From assembly GCF_039654945.1 (NCBI RefSeq), contig NW_027361728.1, forward strand, positions 24,800,001 to 24,864,000: a DNA stretch of 64,000 nt. Reading direction: 5' to 3'. The notes under the pieces are model-generated. The model was not told the DNA's origin. It searched no databases and saw nothing but the letters and a program-made list of their open reading frames with translations. The DNA comes from Dendrobates tinctorius (taxonomy: Eukaryota). Below, in pieces: positions 56,776 to 64,000 of the stretch; within the stretch, counting starts at the first letter, position 1; every line of letters starts with the position of its first letter. The position numbers were made by a program, and so were the translations under genes.

Positions 56776-57063
56776 TAGTGATCAGCAAGTATACTCATTG
56801 CTTCGGTTTTCCCGAGCATGCTCGGGTGTCCGAGTATTTTGGCATGCTCGGAGATTTAGTTTTCGTCGACTCAGCTGCATGATTTGCGGCTGCTAGACAG
56901 GTTGAATATATGTGTGGAATGCCTGTTTGTTAGGGAATCTCCACATGTATTCAGCCTGTCTACAAGTCGCAAATCATGCAGCTGAGACGACGAAAACTAA
57001 ATCTCCGAGCATGCCAAAATTCTCGGCGGACACCCGAGCAACGAGTATACTAGCTCATCACTA
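56776..57063. mobile_element. Palindromic hAT-like MITE (TAGTGATGAGC family)
   Basis: Perfect 8-bp TSD ATAGTTTC; TIR TAGTGATCAGC / GCTCATCACTA. Confidence 0.88.
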
Positions 57064-58591
57064 ATAGTTTCCAGCACATTTCACTGCACTGATGAAAGCG
57101 GAGGGTCTTGACCAGGGGGATTTTGATCAGCGTATTGTTAAGGAACCCTTGTAACAAGTGGGGATTATCCAAAGCAGACAATGGATTTTTATGTGAATGT
57201 GAGAATTGTAAGAATATATTTATATAAAAGGAGTATAAAATTAGGATCCATTTTTTTTTCTCATTTGTCAAAATACTTTGGAACTTGCACAACACAACTG
57301 AGCGGTGCAGATGGAGTGCCATGGCTGCTGAAAGTCTTTTTTGCCGTTCTGGTGTTCCTTTGATTGAACCTCATAGGAGACAGTGATTTTTACTACCTAC
57401 TGCAATACCGTACTGTTGTAGTATATACTATACTAATAATAATATAAAATTATTTAACCCATAAGGTAAATGCCATTAAGAAAAAAAAAATCAGTTGCTG
57501 AGTTTTGGTCATACAACATATTATTGACCAATATATTAATCAGAGGCATTTGGGATGTAAAAGGAACCCACAGTTTTGTTAAATGGGGCCTACTCTCTGA
57601 GGAGCTAAGATTGCTAGACATCCTGTATTATTTATCCTTTTTTGTCTTTTTTATCTTTTTAGAAACATTAATTCTGGGCTTCATATACTCAGCTACACTT
57701 GCTTTACCTTTTAGAGGTTATCTGATCGCCAACATTGGTTGAGCTGTATTGCACAGCTCTGTTCCAATGTGTAGCAGCCCCCACCAAGTGCTGCAGATCA
57801 AATGTTCTCATGTTTCCTCTCCACCCACTTGTTCAAAAATGCTACTGAAAGATTTCATATTGAAGCTATTGGGATTCATAAAAAATCCCAGTAACAACAT
57901 AGTGAGAAAGACCCACATGGTATTTATGGCATGTATTCCCTATTTTGTCCATTTTAATCAGCTTTTAGTTAAATCTGTAAACTAAAAGCCAATAAGCACT
58001 GACATATACAGAAGATACTTGGGTATAATCTTATTAACGTTTGGATGCTTTAAAGCTTGCTTCAGCTCTTTACCGTGTGAACATATGCCATCTAGAACAT
58101 GAGGGAGAATTATAATAAATGGGTCATAAAGTTAAAAGGGATCCTATGATGTGATATACAGTAAGAAGGTTCAAAGAAAAGCTAAAAAAAAAAGCTGATT
58201 AGACATTTGGAAATGTTTCTCCAAAATCAATGTATTGGTAGATTAATTGGTTATTCCTATCTTCATAAATGGGTAGTGTTAGAACGTGCTTGTAAATACC
58301 AGCAAATTTGCAATTTCCTACATATAAAAAAATTTAAGCTGTTCTATAGATATTACGTTTCTTTTGTTCACCGCTTGCTGCCTTGGAGACCGGCCACACC
58401 TGCTAGGTAGCAGAACACTCACAGTACTTACAGTACAAGCTGTTTTCTATTGAGCTTGTAAGAATGTTTTTTAAGATGACCAGGATCGCCGTAGCCTCCT
58501 AATCCTGGCCAGCTCCAGTGCAATGCTTGCAAGATAAACAGCAGCGGTGGTCGGTCTCCTGTGCAACGAGCTATAAACAAAAGTGTTAATA

Positions 58592-61010
58592 CAGTGCCTT
58601 GAGAAAGTATTCGGCCCCCTGGAACTTTTCAACCTTTTGCCACATATCATGCTTCAAACATATAGATACCAAATGTAAAATTTTGGTGAAGAATCAACAA
58701 CAAGTGGGACACAATTGTGAAGTTGAACAAAATTTATTGGTTATTTTAAATTTTTGTGGAAATTCAAAAACTGAAAAGTGGGGCGTGCAATATTATTCGG
58801 CCCCTTTAACTTAATACTTTGTTGCGCCACCTTTTGCTGCGATTACAGCTGCAAGTCGCTTGGGGTATGTCTCTATCAGTTTTGTACATCGAGAGACTGA
58901 AATTCTTGCCCATTCTTCCTTGGCAAACAGCTCGAGCTCAGTGAGGTTTGATGGAGATCGTTTGTGAACAGCAGTTTTCAGCTCTTTCCACAGATTCTTG
59001 ATTGGATTCAGGTCTGGACTTTGACTTGGCCATTCTAACACCTGGATACGTTTATTTGTGAACCATTTCCATTGTAGATTTTGCTTTATGTTTGGGATCA
59101 TTGTCTTGTTCTAAGACAAATCTCCATCCCAGTCTCAGGTCTTTTGCAAACTCCAACAGGTTTTCTTCAAGAATGGTCCTGTATTTGGCTCCATCCATCT
59201 TCCCATCAATTTTAACCATCTTCCCTGTCCCTGCTGAAGAAAAGCAGGCTAAAACCATGATGCTGCCACCACCATGTTTGACAGAGGGGATGGTGTGTTC
59301 AGGGTGATGAGCTGTGTTGCCTTTATGCCAAACATATCGTTTGGCATTGTTGCCAGAAAGTTCGATTTTGGTTTCATCTGACCGGAGCACCTTCTTCCAC
59401 ATGTTTGGTGTGTCTCCCAGGTGGCTTGTTGCAAACTTTAAACAACACTTTTATGGATATCTAGGAGAAATGGCTTTCTTCTTGCCACTCTTCCATAAAG
59501 GCCAGATTTGTGCAGTGTACGACTGATTGTTGTCCCACCTCAGCTGTAGATCTCTGCAGTTCATCCAGGGTGATCATAGGCCTCTTGGCTGCATCTCTGA
59601 TCAGTCTTCTCCTTGTTTGAGATGAAAGTTTAGAGAGACGGCCGGGTCTTGGTAGATTTGCGGTGGTATGATACTCCTTCCATTTCAATATGATCGCTTG
59701 CACGGTGCTCCTTGGGATGTTTAAAGTTTTGGAAATCATTTTGTATCCAAACCCAGCATTAAACTTCTCTACAACAGTATCACGGACCTGCCTGTTGTGT
59801 TCCTTGGTCTTCATGATGCTCTACGTGCATCAAACAGAACCCTGAGACAATCACAGAGCAGGTGCATTTATACGGAGACTTGATTACACACAGGTGGATT
59901 ATATTTATCATTACTCATTTAGGACAACATTGGATCATTCAGAGATCCACAATGAACTTCTGGAGTGAGTTTGCTGCACTGAAAGTAAAGGGGACGAATA
60001 ATATTGCACGCCCCACTTTTCAGTTTTGGTATTTCCACAGAAATTTAAAATAACTACCGTATATACTCGAGTATAAGTCGATCCGAGTATAAGTCGACCC
60101 CCCTAATTTTGCCACGAAAAACTGGGAGAACTTATTGACTCGAGTATAAGTCTAGGGTGGGAAATGCTCCATAGATTATTCCCCCATATCGTGTCCTCAG
60201 AAGAAGCTCCATAGATTGTTCCCCCATATGCTGACCCCAGAAAAAGCTCCATAGATTGTTCCCCCATATGCTGCCCCCATGCTGCTGCTGCATGTAAAAA
60301 TAAAAAGAAGACATACTCACCTCTCCGTCGCTGGGTGTCAGATTCTCACCTGTCCTGCGTCCATGGCTGCTCACCACTATCTGCCACGTCATCAGTCAGT
60401 GACGTTCAGACTGCAGGGGGTGCGACGCGCACTAACCACGTCACCGCACCCTTTGCTGTCTGAAGTCACTGACCGATGACAGACAGCAGCAAGCAGCCAT
60501 GGACGCAGGACAGGTGAGTATCGCTATACTTACCCGTCCTGACGCTGTGTCTTGAGCCCCCAGCTTCTCCCGTGCTCTCTCTTCCTGCCTTCAGCGGTCA
60601 TGTGGTACCGCTCATTAAAACTCATGAATATGCGCATATTCATGAGTTTTAATGAGCGGCACCACGTGACCTCTGAAGGCAGGAAGAGAGAGCACGGGGA
60701 GAAGCTGGGGGCTCAAGACACAGCGTCAGGACGGCTAAGTATGACCTGACACATCCGCCCCCTCCGACCCCCTTTGTATATGACTCGAATATAAGACGAG
60801 AGGGGGACTTTCAGCCCAATTTTTTGGGCTGAAAATCTCGACTTATATTCGAGTATATACGGTAATAAATTTCGTTCACCTTCACAATTATGTCCCACTT
60901 GTTGTTGATTCTTCACCAAAAATTTACATTTGGTATCTTTATGTTTGAAGCATGATATGTGGGAAAAGGTTGAAAAGTTCCAGGGAGCCGAATACTTTCA
61001 CAAGGCACTG
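58592..61010 (-). mobile_element. Tc1 DD34E element with a frameshifted transposase (58811-59814)
   Basis: TA|CAGTGCCTTGAGAAAGTATTCGGC...GCCGAATACTTTCACAAGGCACTG|TA; catalytic E replaced by K (LNPIK). Confidence 0.92.
60057..60862. mobile_element. pogo/Tc2-like MITE nested in the Tc1 inverted repeat
   Basis: TA|CCGTATATACTCGAGTATAAGTCG...CGACTTATATTCGAGTATATACGG|TA; two long internal hairpins. Confidence 0.88.
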
Positions 61011-61419
61011 TATCTAAAGGATGTCTGCAATTTATAATATGCAGTAAACAGCAAAAGTGCTCTCTGAAAATATCTATTTATGAAGATGGGAACTCTTAAA
61101 ACCTGTCTTTATAAAGAATGTCTTGACAAATCTATCAGGCTCATAAGATTGCTCCTTGGAGTGACACAGAATATTAGGCCACTTTAGATCAAAGTCGTGT
61201 GTCACGAAATGAAGGTTTCCCTAATTACAAATAAATAGACAAAGTTAATGGACCAAACAATCCAAATTGTCTTTGTTGTAGGGCATGCAGATGAAAACTT
61301 ATGAGGTCATTGACTTTTTTTTCTACAAAAGTCACTTCCTAGTTTTTCCCAAGATATTATGTTATATTTTTTGAGGTTTTACTGCTATAAAATAATTTCT
61401 TTTTTTTTTTTTTCTTTAG

Positions 61420-61628
61420 GTCCATATTTTAATCCTCGCTCTCGCCAGCGGATTCCTAGGGACCTGGCTATGTGTGTAACACCCAGTGGACAGTTCTATT
61501 GCTCAATGTGCAACGCAGGAGCCAGTGAGGAGCTGGAGTTCAGGCAACATCTGGAGACCAAGCAGCACAAAAGCAAAGTTTCCGAGCAGCGCTACCGCAG
61601 CGAGATGGAGAATTTGGGATACATGTAG
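61420..61628 (+). CDS. ZMAT3: ZMAT3 last coding exon (third zinc finger, stop TAG)
   Basis: Long polypyrimidine tract, then tttag|GT; PYFNPRSRQRIPRDLAMCVTPSGQFYCSMCNAGASEELEFRQHLETKQHKSKVSEQRYRSEMENLGYM*, nearly identical to the ZMAT3 C-terminus. Confidence 0.97.
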
Positions 61629-64000
61629 TAAATAGATCAGATGGTGTTTCTAAGCTGTTGCTTTAATCCTTTTTTGTTACTACAAATTTATCTTGTAATC
61701 ATTTCACAAGTTGGAAGCCTTCCAGATACTGACTTTGATTGGCAGATATGGGGGATGACTTGCTTTTACTATCTTTGGTTTTAACTTGAGGCAAAGTTGT
61801 ACCATTCCCAGGGGTAGTAGGTTTAGCATGACAATATACTGTCATATACTTTTCATGAGGGTATGCCAAGGCGGCCAGTCTTCCTGCAGTGCTTTTACTG
61901 GGGGTAGAATATTTTTCGAGCTGCTCATAAGATACAATGCTTTGGTGAGATAGACCGTATTTCACTGTGGAAATTGCTTCTTCTGTACTCCCCAGTCCCT
62001 GACTACAGTCAAGGCCTGTTCAGAATGGATGCAGCTATTAAAGGGATTTAGCCAAATTCTTTAAGCAGTAGTTTACACCTAGTAAATGTACTGTGGGTTT
62101 AATGTGTACAAAATATGTCTGCTGTAGAGATCTCACTATGGATCTAGTGATTATTGGGTTTGCATTGTACGATTTGTCGCTGCACACTATTATTTACACT
62201 GTGTGCTTAGTAGCCAAAGAACCGCATTTTGGAAAATGATGAACACCTTGATGGAAAATGTCTACTTGCTCTAAATGGACCATGAGATGACCAGAGACAG
62301 CACAGACATGTATAGCATGTAGATCTAAGCATGGTTCTGAAAATTGTGTATGTTGTATATTCCTGTGGAACGCTCCAGAACTCATCACTTTGTTTTCCAA
62401 CAAACCTTAATAGATAATTTCTCTTAATGGATTGTTGCTGTTGGGCATTTAATCAATTACTGTGCAATGAACTGTATTTTATGTGTCTCTTGATGGTTAA
62501 ATTTATATTCTTCACTTTGCACTTAAAGGGACTCTGTCATCACAGAATGACTTTTCACACAAAGAATAGGTTCTTGGTGCACCGTTGGCATGGCCAAATG
62601 TTTAATCCCTTCATGAACTTGGGGTTTTCCATTTCATTTTTGCTTTTCCGTTTTTTGCCCCGTTTTGATTATTTTTTTCGTTACACCATTTACCGATTTA
62701 GATAAATTTTTATATTTTGATAGAGCAAGCATTTCTGAACATGGCAATACCAACTATGTGTATTTTGGATTTTTTTAATTGTTTTATTTTGAAAGGTGCA
62801 GAAGTGGGGTGATTGGAACTTTTATATTTGTTTAATTTTTTAAATATTTTTTAAAAACACTTTTGTTTTACTTTTCATTTGCTTTAATAGTCTCCATGGG
62901 AGACTTGAGCTGCGATCATCCGATCGCCTGTGCTACACATAAGCAGGCTTTCAGGGGGTGAGATTAGTGACGCGCTTTCGATGCGGCCATGTTAAATGCC
63001 TCTGTCGGAGATTGACGGCGGCATTTAACATGTTAACAGCCGCGGGTGGATCACAGTTCCACCAGCGGCTGTTGGCACATTTCAGCTGAAGAAATCAACT
63101 GACTAGTGCTGGAAAACATGCAGTCTCAGCCTCTGTGCCTGCATGGAATGCGAGGACATGACCTATGATGTATATATAGGTCATAGGTTGTGAGTGGTTA
63201 AGATGACCTTGCCATCTACTTATTTTCCCTCTATTCCCATCCCCCATTCCTTGATTGAGAGCTCTGGCTTTATAAAGTCAAGGAAGGGCGAAGGTAGTTG
63301 GGAAGGTGTACTAAATTGGTCATGACAAGGGTGCATCCAGTGGCCTATGCTTGGTTTGAACAGTCATTCTGTGTTGACAGAGTCCTTTTAAATCTTTTGC
63401 TGCTGTAGGTACTGTATCAATGACAGAAAAATTTTATGGGACTTTAGCCAGTCAGTTAAGAGAGGTTATATTTCCTTTTTTTGTGATATAAAAGTTACAA
63501 TGCCTATTTTGGTCATTATATAAAACAGCTTTCCTATTTTTGTGATGTCTGAAATGCATAATATACTTATATTCTAAACACCTCCTCTACTTTGTCTTAC
63601 CCGCAGTCTCTTAATGCTGGGGCTGAAATGACCAGCTCTGCTGTTGCACCTGTTCTTTCTTGTTTAACCCTATTAAGACTTGTGTCATGTATGGTCACAT
63701 CATCATGTATGGTCACATCAGGTATTAACTCATAGAGGAGTTTGATGAATTTTCCCATCTGTCTTTTGGCTTAGACTACCACATTATAAGCGATACAAGG
63801 TTGCAATGGGCTGCCTCTTCTTTTATCCACAATTTATAATGCAGAAATTTTGAGGTCAACCAAATAAAATATTGCTGCTTCTGTTGCACATGACTGCATA
63901 ATCCTGGCCCGAATGATTTATCTAACATATCACTCAAGTGCGTAATACCTTTATCTTACAAAATGAAGGATTTTGACATCAACCTGTTTTTCTCTTTAAC
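61629..64000 (+). other. ZMAT3: Probable ZMAT3 3' UTR (end not defined; candidate AATAAA at 63863-63868)
   Basis: AT-rich sequence after the stop; ZMAT3 mRNAs have long 3' UTRs; contains MITE remnants. Confidence 0.5.
62605..63198. mobile_element. Decayed short piggyBac-like TTAA element in the putative 3' UTR
   Basis: TTAA|TCCCTTCATGA...GTGAGTGG|TTAA; interior resembles the other TTAA elements. Confidence 0.5.

Overview
Eukaryotic, transposon-saturated vertebrate DNA; the repeat families point to an anuran, possibly a hyloid/poison frog (inference). The only host gene recognised is ZMAT3 (Wig-1, p53-induced matrin-type zinc-finger RNA-binding protein) on the + strand. Three coding exons (14003-14169, 31897-31991, 61420-61628) splice in frame across 17.7-kb and 29.4-kb introns; the earlier exons must lie upstream of the window. 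Most of the rest is nested mobile DNA: a PIF/Harbinger element that keeps a spliced, open MADF/BESS gene while its transposase is reduced to a 41-codon in-frame remnant, a Helitron, hAT/Harbinger/MULE/Kolobok/pogo MITEs, a decayed DIRS element, Gypsy and BEL/Pao LTR elements, a CR1 LINE, and several Tc1/mariner elements (an intact DD37E/TRT transposase and a DD41D copy among them). There are also TTAA piggyBac-like non-autonomous elements, one carrying telomere-like repeats, and Penelope-type fragments with minimal hammerhead ribozymes. No tRNA, rRNA or CRISPR was seen. Coordinates were read by eye and family names come from motifs and termini, not from database searches.
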